The translations under genes were made by a program, and so were the position numbers. The notes under the pieces are model-generated. The model was not told the origin of the DNA, searched no databases, and worked only from the letters and a program-made list of their open reading frames with translations. Shown one piece after another: positions 8,696-18,287 of a stretch of DNA of 64,000 nucleotides. Source of the DNA: an uncultured bacterium (GTDB lineage: Bacteria; Bacillota_I; Bacilli_A; RFN20; CAG-826); assembly GCA_949299395.1 (NCBI GenBank), contig CASGAB010000002.1, positions 23,734 through 87,733 on the forward strand, given 5' to 3'. The number at the start of each line of letters is the position of its first letter. Position 1 is the stretch's first letter.

Positions 8696-10198
8696 ATGGA
8701 CAAAATAGTCATTCTAGACTATGGAAGCCAATATAATGAATTACTCTTAAGAAAATTAAGAGATAATGGCGTCTATAGTCTCTTGTTACCAAAAGATACA
8801 AGTAAAGAAAAAATCGAAGATCTTCATCATGTTAAAGGCATCATCCTTTCAGGTGGACCTGGCGTTATTCAAGATAGCGATGACAAATTATTTGATGAAA
8901 GATTACTTGAACTTAACATTCCAATTTTAGGAATTTGCTATGGCATGGAAGCTTTAGCAAGACATTATGGTGCGAAAATCGAATCAATAAAGGACAGAGA
9001 GTATGATAAACACGTTGTTCGTGTGAATACAAATTGTCCTTTATTTTTAGACATACCTGAAGAAACTGTTGTTTATATGACTAAAAACGACCGTGTACTT
9101 AATTTGGAAGGAGTCGAAGAAATCGCTGAAAGTGCTTCAAGTGGTTTAGTTGGATTCTCTAACGATTATGTTTTTGGACTTTTATTCCATCCTGAACTTG
9201 ATGCAACTGAATATGGCGTAAAAATCTTACAAAACTTCATTAATATCTGTGGATGTAACGGACACTGGACAATCGATTCATTTATTGAAAATAAAATTAA
9301 AGGAATGAAGAAAGTCATTGGTGATAAAAAAGTTATTTTAGGTTTATCAGGTGGTGTTGATAGTGCGGTTACTGCATTACTCTTACATGAAGCTATTGGA
9401 GATAATTTAACTTGCTTATTTGTTGAAACCGGCTTACATAGATATAACGAATATAATGTTATCGTTAAACGTTTTGAAGAAAATTTCAAAATTAAAGTCC
9501 ATGTTGCTGATGAAGGTGAACTTTTCTTAGGTAGACTTAAAGGAGTTGTTGATCCAGAAGAAAAACGTAAAGTTATTTCATCGACATTCGTTGAAGTATT
9601 CAAAAAATATGCTGATAAACTCGGACATTTTGATTTCTTAGCTCAAGGCACACTTTATAGTGATATCAGAGAATCTAAATGGGGTGGTAAGAGCAAGGTT
9701 ATTAAAGATATTCCTTCAGATATTGGCTGGGAAATTATTGAACCAATTAAACAATTAACTAAAGATGAAGTCAGAAGTGTTGGTAAACGTTTAGGATTAG
9801 ATGATTCATTTATTAACCGTCAACCATTCCCTACTCCAGGTCTTGCTATTAGAATTATTGGTGAAGTTACACTTTTAAAACTTGAAATCTTAAGAGAAGC
9901 AAATGAAATTCTTTCTCAAGAAATAAGAAAAGCACATCTTGAAAGAGATATGTATCAATATTTCTGTGTCTTAACTAATATTGATAGTGTTGGTGTTGAA
10001 GGAAATAATAAGATTTATTATCACACTGTTGCTATTAGAGCAGTTACTTCAATTGATGGAATTAATGCTGATTTCTATCACTTCGATATTGAATTCTTAG
10101 CTAGAGTTTCAAGAAGAATTGTTAATGAAGTTGCTGGTGTTAATAGAGTAGTTTATGATATTACTACAAAACCACCATCCACAATTGAATATCAATAA
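8696..10198 (+). CDS. guaA: GMP synthase (glutamine-hydrolysing) homologue, strongly degenerate
   Basis: LDYGSQY, SGGP, GICYG, FHPE, LSGGVDS, DPEEKRK, QGTLY, KDEVR, PFP.PGL, KPPSTIE. Several conserved residues are missing (see findings). Confidence 0.8.
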   Translation: MDKIVILDYGSQYNELLLRKLRDNGVYSLLLPKDTSKEKIEDLHHVKGIILSGGPGVIQDSDDKLFDERLLELNIPILGICYGMEALARHYGAKIESIKDREYDKHVVRVNTNCPLFLDIPEETVVYMTKNDRVLNLEGVEEIAESASSGLVGFSNDYVFGLLFHPELDATEYGVKILQNFINICGCNGHWTIDSFIENKIKGMKKVIGDKKVILGLSGGVDSAVTALLLHEAIGDNLTCLFVETGLHRYNEYNVIVKRFEENFKIKVHVADEGELFLGRLKGVVDPEEKRKVISSTFVEVFKKYADKLGHFDFLAQGTLYSDIRESKWGGKSKVIKDIPSDIGWEIIEPIKQLTKDEVRSVGKRLGLDDSFINRQPFPTPGLAIRIIGEVTLLKLEILREANEILSQEIRKAHLERDMYQYFCVLTNIDSVGVEGNNKIYYHTVAIRAVTSIDGINADFYHFDIEFLARVSRRIVNEVAGVNRVVYDITTKPPSTIEYQ

Positions 10199-10210
10199 TA
10201 TCTATTAGAT

Positions 10211-10238
10211 AAAAGGGAAGATTATTCTTCCCTTTTTT
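10211..10238 (+). terminator. Intrinsic terminator
   Basis: AAAAGGGAAGA-ttat-TCTTCCCTTTTTT. Confidence 0.8.
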
Positions 10239-10346
10239 AGTTAAAGAATAACTTTGTCATATATTTTAATTTCTAAACTTGACTAGTGAGTTTTATTGAT
10301 TAATATTTTAAGTAATCGGATTTAAAAATAATAAGAGGAAAAGGAC

Positions 10347-11249
10347 ATGCTATTTTCATCAAATAATAAACTTGTATTAATTGGCGGTAGTAACGTCGAT
10401 TTTATTGCAACTAGTTTAAAACCAATAATTAACGGAACATCAAATATTGGTAAACTTAAAATCTCATTTGGTGGAGTCATGAAAAATGTTGCTTATGATT
10501 TAAAGATCTTAAATGACAATTTTATATTTTTAACTGCAATTGGAAATGATTTATATGGAAAAGAATTAAAAGAAGAACTTAAAAATGCTTCAATTAATTT
10601 TATTTTTCCTAAATCAAATAGAATTTCTTCAACTTATTTAGCAATTAATAATGAGAAAAATGATTTATATGTTTCAGTTTGTGATAATCAAATTATTGAT
10701 TGTATTTCGCCATTTTTCTTATCAAAAAACCAAAAAATCTTAGAAAACAGTGAATATATTTGTTTAGATGCGAATTTAAGTGATGAAACAATTAAATATA
10801 TTTTTACTAACTTTTCTCATAAAAAAATTATGGTTGAAGGAGTTTCAATTCCTAAAATAATTAAATTTAAACCATATTTAGATAAGATCCATGTTTTAAA
10901 GTGCAATGTTGGTGAAGCAAAAGCTTTAGTAAATTATGGTGTTAAAGATGAAGATTTACCTCAAAAGTTAGTAGAAACTGGTGTTAAAAAATTCATCGTT
11001 TCTAATAAAGAAGCTGATGTTATCGCTTATGATGGTTCTCACGTGGAAAAATTTTTAGTAGATAAGTTAGAAAATATCGTAAATTCAAATGGAGCAGGAG
11101 ACGCTTTGTTTGCAGGGTTTACCCATGTTTACACAAAAAATGAAGACTTTGAAGGAGCAATAAAATTTGGAATTAAACTTGCTAGATACGTCCTTCAAAG
11201 TGAAGAAGCATACTCTTTAGAGTCAAAAGAACTCGTTTTAGGTAAATAA
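10347..11249 (+). CDS. PfkB-family kinase, probable pseudouridine kinase
   Basis: IGGSNVD, GGVMKNVA, IGNDLYG, LDANL, NSNGAGDALFAG. psuG lies 4.7 kb upstream. Confidence 0.7.
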   Translation: MLFSSNNKLVLIGGSNVDFIATSLKPIINGTSNIGKLKISFGGVMKNVAYDLKILNDNFIFLTAIGNDLYGKELKEELKNASINFIFPKSNRISSTYLAINNEKNDLYVSVCDNQIIDCISPFFLSKNQKILENSEYICLDANLSDETIKYIFTNFSHKKIMVEGVSIPKIIKFKPYLDKIHVLKCNVGEAKALVNYGVKDEDLPQKLVETGVKKFIVSNKEADVIAYDGSHVEKFLVDKLENIVNSNGAGDALFAGFTHVYTKNEDFEGAIKFGIKLARYVLQSEEAYSLESKELVLGK

Positions 11250-11390
11250 TTTTAAAAATTTTTAAAAAAATGAGAGGATTTTTCAAATTCCAGCATTCTT
11301 GTATATAGAGGGGGTTAAAATTTCTTTACTTTAAGGGTTGATTCTTTTATACTTATTAAGCACTTTTATATAGTTTACTATATAGGGTCG

Positions 11391-11439
11391 CTTCTCTGCT
11401 TATTTGAAAAATTAATAAGCCAGATGTCCAAAGGGAGGT
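11391..11439 (+). promoter_or_regulatory. Probable S6:S18 autoregulatory rpsF leader RNA
   Basis: CTTCTCT can pair with the SD AGGGAGG; inner stem GCTTATT/AATAAGC followed by CCA (CCR motif); directly upstream of rpsF. Confidence 0.6.
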
Positions 11440-11736
11440 ATGAAAGATATGAAAAAGTACGAAATCATGTACATTCTCAAATCAACCCTTGAAGAAGCTG
11501 ATAGAAAAGCTGAAATCGAAAAATTAGCAAAATTATTAACAAATAATGGTGCTAAGGTTACAAAAACCAACGAATGGGGCGCAAGAGACCTTGCTTATGA
11601 AATCAAAAAAGAAAAGAAAGGTTACTATGTTGTCTTAAAGGTTGAAGCTGAACCTGCTGCTTTAAAGGAATTTGATCGTCTCACAAAGTTCGATAGCAAT
11701 GTATTAAGATACTTAATTACTGTCGACCACGAATAA
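11440..11736 (+). CDS. rpsF: 30S ribosomal protein S6
   Basis: KYEIMYIL, WGARDLAYEIKK, GYYVV, VLRYL. Confidence 0.97.
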   Translation: MKDMKKYEIMYILKSTLEEADRKAEIEKLAKLLTNNGAKVTKTNEWGARDLAYEIKKEKKGYYVVLKVEAEPAALKEFDRLTKFDSNVLRYLITVDHE

Positions 11737-11751
11737 AAAGGAGATAGAAAA

Positions 11752-12210
11752 ATGATTAATCGTGTAGTTTTAGTAGGTCGTATCACTAAAGAATTAGAAA
11801 TCAGAAGAGGTGTTAGCGGAGTTGGCGTTTTACCATTTACTCTTGCTATTGATTCTGTAAGAAAAGATGCTCAAGGAAATAGAATGACAAATTTTATTCC
11901 ATGTAGAGCAATTGGAAATACCGCAGAAATTATGGAAAGATATTGCACTAAAGGAAGTTTGGTTGCAGTTGATGGCTATATTCAATCTTCTAGATATGAA
12001 AAACGTGATGGAACAAGTGCTACTTCAATTGAAGTCGTTGTTCAATCAATGACACTTTGTGATAACCGAAAAAGCGCACAAAAAATGGAAGATAACTCAT
12101 TTAGTCAAGTTGATGGAAATACTTCCGGCTATCAAAGCGATATTAATAATAATGTCGATGATACCGATTATTCCCAAATGGATTTAGCTGATGATGATCT
12201 CCCATTCTAA
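11752..12210 (+). CDS. ssb: Single-stranded DNA-binding protein
   Basis: MINRVVLVGRIT, KGSLVAVDG, C-terminal DDDLPF; rpsF-ssb-rpsR synteny. Confidence 0.97.
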   Translation: MINRVVLVGRITKELEIRRGVSGVGVLPFTLAIDSVRKDAQGNRMTNFIPCRAIGNTAEIMERYCTKGSLVAVDGYIQSSRYEKRDGTSATSIEVVVQSMTLCDNRKSAQKMEDNSFSQVDGNTSGYQSDINNNVDDTDYSQMDLADDDLPF

Positions 12211-12245
12211 AATCTAATTTTAAAGATTAAAGAAAGGAGAAGAGA

Positions 12246-12473
12246 ATGGCATATATCAAGAAAAGAAGTAAGAAAAAAGTTTGTTACTTCACAAAAAATA
12301 AAATCAAATTCATCGATTATAAAGATGTTGATTTATTAAAGAAATTTATTTCTTCATCCGGAAGAATTTCTCCAAGAAGAATTACCGGTACAAGTGCTAA
12401 ATATCAAAGAGAATTAGCAAGAGCTATTAAAAATGCTCGTTATATGGCTCTTTTACCATATATTGAAGATTAA
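12246..12473 (+). CDS. rpsR: 30S ribosomal protein S18
   Basis: [38 protein letters not shown]. Confidence 0.98.
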   Translation: MAYIKKRSKKKVCYFTKNKIKFIDYKDVDLLKKFISSSGRISPRRITGTSAKYQRELARAIKNARYMALLPYIED

Positions 12474-12498
12474 TTTCTTATTTAGATTATCGTATATT

Positions 12499-12522
12499 AA
12501 AGTCACCTTCGTGGTGACTTTT
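12499..12522 (+). terminator. Intrinsic terminator
   Basis: AAAGTCACC-ttcgt-GGTGACTTTT. Confidence 0.8.
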
Positions 12523-12606
12523 ATTATGAGTTTTATTAATTAATTAATAAAACATAATGAATTAATGTATAATTATAAAAGTATTTTAGTAAAGAAAAGA
12601 TAAATT

Positions 12607-14643
12607 ATGAGAAAAGTATTAAAAGTTATCCATTTAGTTTCACTTCTTATTTCAATCTTTGAAATATTAGTTTTTGGTATTTTTATTTCTTTATATATTT
12701 TAAATATTTGGGATTTACAAACCCATATGGGTGTTGAAGGAATCGGATATTTAACAATCGGTATCATTCTTTTTGATGTTATTGCTTTTTCAACATTTGT
12801 TTTAATTATTTCTCATAATAAATATCGTAATGATTTATCAACAAAAGAAGCTTTAGGAAAAGAAATTTATCAAGCATTCGGATTTGGTGAAATAGGATTC
12901 TGTGTTTTTGATAATGAAAATAAAATTGTCTGGGCTAGTGAATTATTCTCAATTAGAGGTGTTGATGTTGTTGGCCAAGATATCTTTGAATGGCAAGAAG
13001 GCTTAAAGAAATTTTTAGTTGAAGATGAAGATTATACTGAAACTTTCCAAATTGGTGATTATTTTTATGAAGTTAAATTTTTAAAGAGCAATAATTTATT
13101 CCTTTTTAAAGATGTTACTGAATATGAAAATACTGTTGCTTTATATCAAAGAAACTCAGTGGTTTTAGGTATTATCATGATCGATAACTATGCTGAAATT
13201 GTTCAAAACAATGAAGATAGTAACGATATAATTCCTCAAATTAAGAATGCAATTGCAAATTATGCAAAAACATATCACTTCATTATTAGAAGTTTTAAGA
13301 GTGATTCATTCTTTGTTGTTACCCGTGTTGAAGATTTAGAAAACTTAAAGAAAGATAATTTCTCAATCTTAAATCAGGTTAGAGCAATTGGTAAAAAAGA
13401 AGATGTTAATACAACATTATCAGTTTCTTTTGCTTATGATTTCTCTTCAATTTCACAAAATAATGAAATGGCTTCAACCGCTTTAAGTATTGCAATGAGT
13501 AGAGGTGGCGACCAAGTCGTTATTGCTCAAATGAATCATGAACTTGTTTTCTATGGCGGAAATAGTGAAGCTGGAGAAAGCAGAAATAAGGTTAAAGTTA
13601 AGAGTGATGCAAATGCACTTTTAAATCATATTGAAAACTTTAAAGATAAAAAAATCTTTATTATGGGCCATAGAGAAATGGATATGGATGCTTTAGGTTC
13701 TGCTTTAGGAATTTATGCTATTTGTAGACATAAAAAATGCCATGATTTCCATATTGTTTTTGATCATGCTTCAACTGAAAAGAAAACAAGATATGCTTTT
13801 ATGACATCTTTCCCAAAAGCACAATTTGATAGCATGACAATAAGTCCTAAAAAAGCTCTTGATGAATGTGATCCAAGTTCACTCCTCATTATTGTTGATG
13901 TTAACAGTGCTGGCCAATCTATTTGTGAAGATTTATTTGATAAAACTGAAAAATATATTGTTATTGATCACCATAGACAAACTGGAAAAGTTATCGAAAA
14001 TCCTTTATTAAAGATTATCGATACTTCTGCTTCAAGTGCTTCAGAATTGGTTAGTGAACTTATTAAATATGGTTCAACTTTCCCACCAATTCCCCTTGAA
14101 CCTAAGTTTGCAACTATTATGCTTGCAGGTATTTTCTTAGATACTCAATTTTATAAAACAAAAACAACTGGAATTAGAACTTTTGAATCTTCAATGTTAT
14201 TAAAAGAATACGGAGCAGATAACCATGAAGCTGACGAATTTTTAAAAGATGAAATTCAAGAATACGGTGCAGTTATTAGTATTGTTCAAACGATGAAAAC
14301 CCCTTATTCAGGAGTTGTTTATTGTACATGTAAAGATGATGAAGTATTAGATGGTGCAACTTTAGCAAAAGCAGCAAATCAATGTCTCCAAATTAAAGGA
14401 AATAATGCTTCATTTGTTATTGCTAGAGTTGGTGAAAATGAAGTTAAAATCTCAGCTCGAAGTGATGGAAAAATTAATGTTCAATTAATTTGTGAAAAAC
14501 TTGGCGGCGGCGGACATTTAAATTCTGCTGCAACTTCTATGTTTGATATTAGTGTTGAAGATGCTGAAAAGAGACTTTTAGAAGTATTAAATTCTGCTCT
14601 TGATGAGGCAAGAAAGAATTTGGAAGGTGAAGAAGGAGAATAA
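12607..14643 (+). CDS. gdpP: c-di-AMP phosphodiesterase, GdpP family (TM-PAS-degenerate GGDEF-DHH-DHHA1)
   Basis: Two N-terminal TM helices, IDNY, SRGGDQVV, MGHREMDMDALGS, IDHHR, LGGGGH; upstream of rplI-dnaB as in Firmicutes. Confidence 0.92.
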   Translation: MRKVLKVIHLVSLLISIFEILVFGIFISLYILNIWDLQTHMGVEGIGYLTIGIILFDVIAFSTFVLIISHNKYRNDLSTKEALGKEIYQAFGFGEIGFCVFDNENKIVWASELFSIRGVDVVGQDIFEWQEGLKKFLVEDEDYTETFQIGDYFYEVKFLKSNNLFLFKDVTEYENTVALYQRNSVVLGIIMIDNYAEIVQNNEDSNDIIPQIKNAIANYAKTYHFIIRSFKSDSFFVVTRVEDLENLKKDNFSILNQVRAIGKKEDVNTTLSVSFAYDFSSISQNNEMASTALSIAMSRGGDQVVIAQMNHELVFYGGNSEAGESRNKVKVKSDANALLNHIENFKDKKIFIMGHREMDMDALGSALGIYAICRHKKCHDFHIVFDHASTEKKTRYAFMTSFPKAQFDSMTISPKKALDECDPSSLLIIVDVNSAGQSICEDLFDKTEKYIVIDHHRQTGKVIENPLLKIIDTSASSASELVSELIKYGSTFPPIPLEPKFATIMLAGIFLDTQFYKTKTTGIRTFESSMLLKEYGADNHEADEFLKDEIQEYGAVISIVQTMKTPYSGVVYCTCKDDEVLDGATLAKAANQCLQIKGNNASFVIARVGENEVKISARSDGKINVQLICEKLGGGGHLNSAATSMFDISVEDAEKRLLEVLNSALDEARKNLEGEEGE

Positions 14644-14649
14644 TAAGTT

Positions 14650-15099
14650 ATGGAAGTAATTTTACTTAAAGACGTTAAAGGTGTTGGTAAAAAAGGCGAA
14701 ACCAAAACTGTTAGTGATGGTTATGGAAATAACTATTTAATTAAAAATAAATTAGCAGTTAGAAAAACCGAAGGTTCTGTAGTCTTTTTAGAAAAAGAAA
14801 AAGCTGCACAAGCTGAAAAAGAAGAACAATTACGTTTAGAAGCTATAAAGAATAAAGAAAAATTAGAAACTATTACTTTAGAATTTAAAGCTAAAGCTCA
14901 AGGAACTGGTAATATGGCAGGAACTATTTCAACTAAAGAAGTTGAAGAAAGATTAAAAAAAGAATACGGAATTATAATCGACAAAAGAAAATTTAAAGAA
15001 AAATATCCAATTAATGCATTTGGATATACAAATTTAAAAATCGAATTATATAAAGGTGTTGTTGGAACAATTAGAGTTCACGTTAGTGAAGATAAATAG
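14650..15099 (+). CDS. rplI: 50S ribosomal protein L9
   Basis: MEVILLKDVKGVGKKGE..TVSDGYGNNYLI. Confidence 0.97.
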   Translation: MEVILLKDVKGVGKKGETKTVSDGYGNNYLIKNKLAVRKTEGSVVFLEKEKAAQAEKEEQLRLEAIKNKEKLETITLEFKAKAQGTGNMAGTISTKEVEERLKKEYGIIIDKRKFKEKYPINAFGYTNLKIELYKGVVGTIRVHVSEDK

Positions 15100-15102
15100 T
15101 TT

Positions 15103-16548
15103 ATGGATTTAACTTTTTTACACGATGATGAATTAGAAGCGATAGTTTTAGGAGCTATGCTTACTGACAAAAGATGTGCTTTAGAAGGTGTTTCTATTTT
15201 AGAAATAGCTGATTTTTTTAGTGCAAACGTTGGTCATCGTGAAGTTTTTAAAGCTATGGTTCAACTCGATATTGCTGATAGTTCGATTGATGTTAGTAAT
15301 GTAACCGCTCAATTAAAACAAAATAAGGTTTATGACGATATCGGTGGATTCGATTTTTTAGCTTCTTTAATGGAAACAGTTACTGTTTATCAAAACTTTG
15401 ATGAATATGTAAAAAAATTACAAGAATTTAAATTATTAAGAAAACTAGTTGATGTTTGCGAGGAAACAATAGATAAAGCAACTACAAAAAGTATCGAATC
15501 AATCGGTAATTTCTTAGCAGTCACTGAAAAAAATATTGGTGAAGTCACTTCAAAAAGAAAGATTTCAGAATTCCAAAAAGCTGAGGATGTTGCAAAAATT
15601 GTTGGAAGTTTAATTCAAAAAGGAAAACAAGGAATCGAAGGTTTAGTTACTGGTTTTTCTGATTTAGATACTCAAATGGGCGGTATCGGAAATGGCCAAC
15701 TTATCGTTGTTGCTGCTCGTCCTGGTATGGGTAAATCAATGCTTGCTTTAAATATTTGCTATAACATTGCAAGAAGAGTTAATAGCCCAATTGCTTATTT
15801 CTCTAACGAAATGAGTAATGAAGAATTAATGAGAAGACTTTTTGCTGTTGCTAGCGGTATTCCTCAATGGAAAATTAATAAAAATATTTTAAGTAATTCT
15901 GAAAGATTACTTATTAGTGATGCTGAAAATGAAATATCAAAAACTAATCTTTATTTTGAAGAATCAACAGCGATAACTATTGATGATATTTGTTTAAAAT
16001 GTCGTAAATTAAAAGAGCAAAGAGAAGATTTAGCTTTAATTGTTATCGACCACTTAGCAAATATCCAAGAAGGTAATCATCGTTTTACTTCCGATCAAGA
16101 AAAAATCGCATATTGTTCAAGAACATTAAAAACTTTAGCTCTTGAACTCAATGTTCCTATTATTATTGTTGCTCATATTAATAGAAATGCAGAAAAGAAA
16201 GAAAATCGTATACCTGAATTAAGTGAACTTAGAGGAAGTGGTGCGATTGAAAACGACTGCGATAAAGCTTTACTTTTATATCGTCAAGGATACTATTCAA
16301 GACAAGGTATTGCTGTTAAAGAAAAGAAAGGTTTTGGTAACGCTCCATTAAATAATAATGGTGAAGAAAATCCTGTCGAAGTTAATGAAGACGATAATAA
16401 AGGCGAAAAAATGGATATTATCGTTGCTAAAAATAGACAAGGTGGAACTGGAAAAGTTTCATTATTATTCTTCCCAGCAATTGGTCGATTCTCAAGTGTT
16501 AGCGATATTAAATACGACGATAGCGAATTCTATTACGAGGATAACTAA
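15103..16548 (+). CDS. dnaB: Replicative DNA helicase
   Basis: Walker A AARPGMGKS, FSNEMS, IVIDHL, LSELRGSGAIENDCD, IVAKNRQG. Confidence 0.95.
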   Translation: MDLTFLHDDELEAIVLGAMLTDKRCALEGVSILEIADFFSANVGHREVFKAMVQLDIADSSIDVSNVTAQLKQNKVYDDIGGFDFLASLMETVTVYQNFDEYVKKLQEFKLLRKLVDVCEETIDKATTKSIESIGNFLAVTEKNIGEVTSKRKISEFQKAEDVAKIVGSLIQKGKQGIEGLVTGFSDLDTQMGGIGNGQLIVVAARPGMGKSMLALNICYNIARRVNSPIAYFSNEMSNEELMRRLFAVASGIPQWKINKNILSNSERLLISDAENEISKTNLYFEESTAITIDDICLKCRKLKEQREDLALIVIDHLANIQEGNHRFTSDQEKIAYCSRTLKTLALELNVPIIIVAHINRNAEKKENRIPELSELRGSGAIENDCDKALLLYRQGYYSRQGIAVKEKKGFGNAPLNNNGEENPVEVNEDDNKGEKMDIIVAKNRQGGTGKVSLLFFPAIGRFSSVSDIKYDDSEFYYEDN

Positions 16549-16552
16549 TTAA

Positions 16553-17299
16553 GTGGAATTTATAAATATTGTAAGCGGTTCTAAAGGCAATGGTTCTATG
16601 CTTATTGAAGGAAGAACCATTATTTTAATTGATGCCGGTTGTGGAATAAGGAAATTAAAAAATGAACTTAAAGAAAGAGGCTTAACTATCGAAGATATTA
16701 GCTATATTTTATTAACTCATAATCACAATGATCATATTAAAACTTTAGATAAATTTCCTTTAGAAAAAGTTTATTGTTTAAGAAAAGTAGTTAGTTTAAA
16801 AAATAAAAAGCACTATTTAGAGTTTGATAAAAACTATGATTTTGGTGATTTTAAAGTTGAACTTTTAAGAACTAGCCACGATAGTGAAGCTTATTGTGGA
16901 TTCCTTTTTATAGATAAAGTAACTAACGAGAAACTTGGTTTTGTTACAGATACTGGTTATATCGAACTAGATACTTTAGAAAAAATTAGGAATTTAGATT
17001 ATTACTATTTTGAAAGTAACCACGATTTAGAACTTTTAATTTCTTCTGCTAGAAGTGATCTTTTAAAAGCTCGAATTGCTTCTTATAAGGGTCACCTATC
17101 TAATGAACAAGCCGCTATATATTTATCTTATATAATAGGAGAAAATACTAAAAAAATTCTTCTAGCTCATTTAAGTGAAGAATGTAATTCACCATTTTTA
17201 GCTTTAAAAACCGTTTATGAAATCTTTAAAGATAAAAATATCGATTATGATAAATACGATATTCGCTGTTTATCTCAACGTGAGGTTACAAAGTTATGA
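16553..17299 (+). CDS. walJ: MBL-fold metallo-hydrolase, YycJ/WalJ family
   Basis: SGSKGN, LIDAG, THNHNDH, TSHD, TDTG, ESNHD, GHLSN, LAHLSEECN; GTG start. Confidence 0.85.
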   Translation: MEFINIVSGSKGNGSMLIEGRTIILIDAGCGIRKLKNELKERGLTIEDISYILLTHNHNDHIKTLDKFPLEKVYCLRKVVSLKNKKHYLEFDKNYDFGDFKVELLRTSHDSEAYCGFLFIDKVTNEKLGFVTDTGYIELDTLEKIRNLDYYYFESNHDLELLISSARSDLLKARIASYKGHLSNEQAAIYLSYIIGENTKKILLAHLSEECNSPFLALKTVYEIFKDKNIDYDKYDIRCLSQREVTKL

Positions 17300-17769
17300 T
17301 AAAAATAAATATTTATGCAGTTGGTTCAATAAAAGAAAAGTTTTTTAAAGATGCAATTAATGAATATTCAAAAAGACTTTCTAAATATTGTAAATTAAAC
17401 ATCGTTGAAATTAATGAAGTAAAACTTCAATCAAGTGATGATCCTTCTAAAATAAAAGAAAAAGAAGGAGAAGAAATCTTAAAAAGAGTTAAAAGTAGTG
17501 AATATTTAATTGCTTTAGATCTTAATAAAAAAGAATATTCTTCTGAAGAATTATCTAACCATTTATCTTCATTAATTGATAATGGAAAAGGCGAAATTGC
17601 TTTTATTATTGGAGGAACAATCGGTTTAGGAGATAACATAAAAGCAAAAGTTAATGAATCAATTACTTTTTCTAAACTTACTTTCCCTCATCAACTTATA
17701 AGAATATTTTTACTAGAACAAATCTATCGCTCTTTTAAAATTATGAAAAATGAAAGTTATCACCATTAA
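17296..17769 (+). CDS. rlmH: 23S rRNA pseudouridine-1915 N3-methyltransferase
   Basis: VGSIKEK, YSKRL, FIIGG, FSKLTFPHQLIR, EQIYR, C-terminal YHH. Confidence 0.95.
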   Translation: MIKINIYAVGSIKEKFFKDAINEYSKRLSKYCKLNIVEINEVKLQSSDDPSKIKEKEGEEILKRVKSSEYLIALDLNKKEYSSEELSNHLSSLIDNGKGEIAFIIGGTIGLGDNIKAKVNESITFSKLTFPHQLIRIFLLEQIYRSFKIMKNESYHH

Positions 17770-18163
17770 AAGTTTTATTGCAAAATATTTAGGAGTTAAA
17801 AAAAAAAAACAAAATATGGAATTTAAAGAATTTGATCACTTAACTAAAAACGTTGATAAAGTATATGATGCATTTGTTCCTTCTTATATATTAGAAGATG
17901 GTTCAATTTTATATGTCGAACCTAATTTTTATACTCAACTTATTAATTTAAAATTACATTTTGATAAAGAATTTGAGACTGTCTTAAATTCAATTTTTGA
18001 AATCACTAGAAAAAATAAAAAAGTTATCTTTACTGCAGATTTTGATTCGCCATTAATCCTTGATAAAGAGGACTTTATTTATAGAGATATTAACGATGTT
18101 TTAGCATATAATCATCTTTCAATTGATGTCAAAATTAATCCAGAAAGTGATTGGAAAGACTAA
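17750..18163 (+). CDS. Hypothetical protein (start uncertain: 17750 or 17816)
   Basis: Open frame between rlmH and a terminator; no motif recognised; contains an A12 tract near the 5' end. Confidence 0.6.
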   Translation: MKVITIKSFIAKYLGVKKKKQNMEFKEFDHLTKNVDKVYDAFVPSYILEDGSILYVEPNFYTQLINLKLHFDKEFETVLNSIFEITRKNKKVIFTADFDSPLILDKEDFIYRDINDVLAYNHLSIDVKINPESDWKD

Positions 18164-18220
18164 AATAAGTAAAATGTAAGTGCTTACATAATTATTAATA
18201 CTTTCTTAATATTTAAAGAT

Positions 18221-18245
18221 ACGCCGATAACCATCGGTGTTTTTT
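18221..18245 (+). terminator. Intrinsic terminator
   Basis: ACGCCGAT-aacc-ATCGGTGT followed by a T run. Confidence 0.8.
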
Positions 18246-18287
18246 ATATTAGTAGTTATATAGTATGTTTATTTTAATAATCAATTT

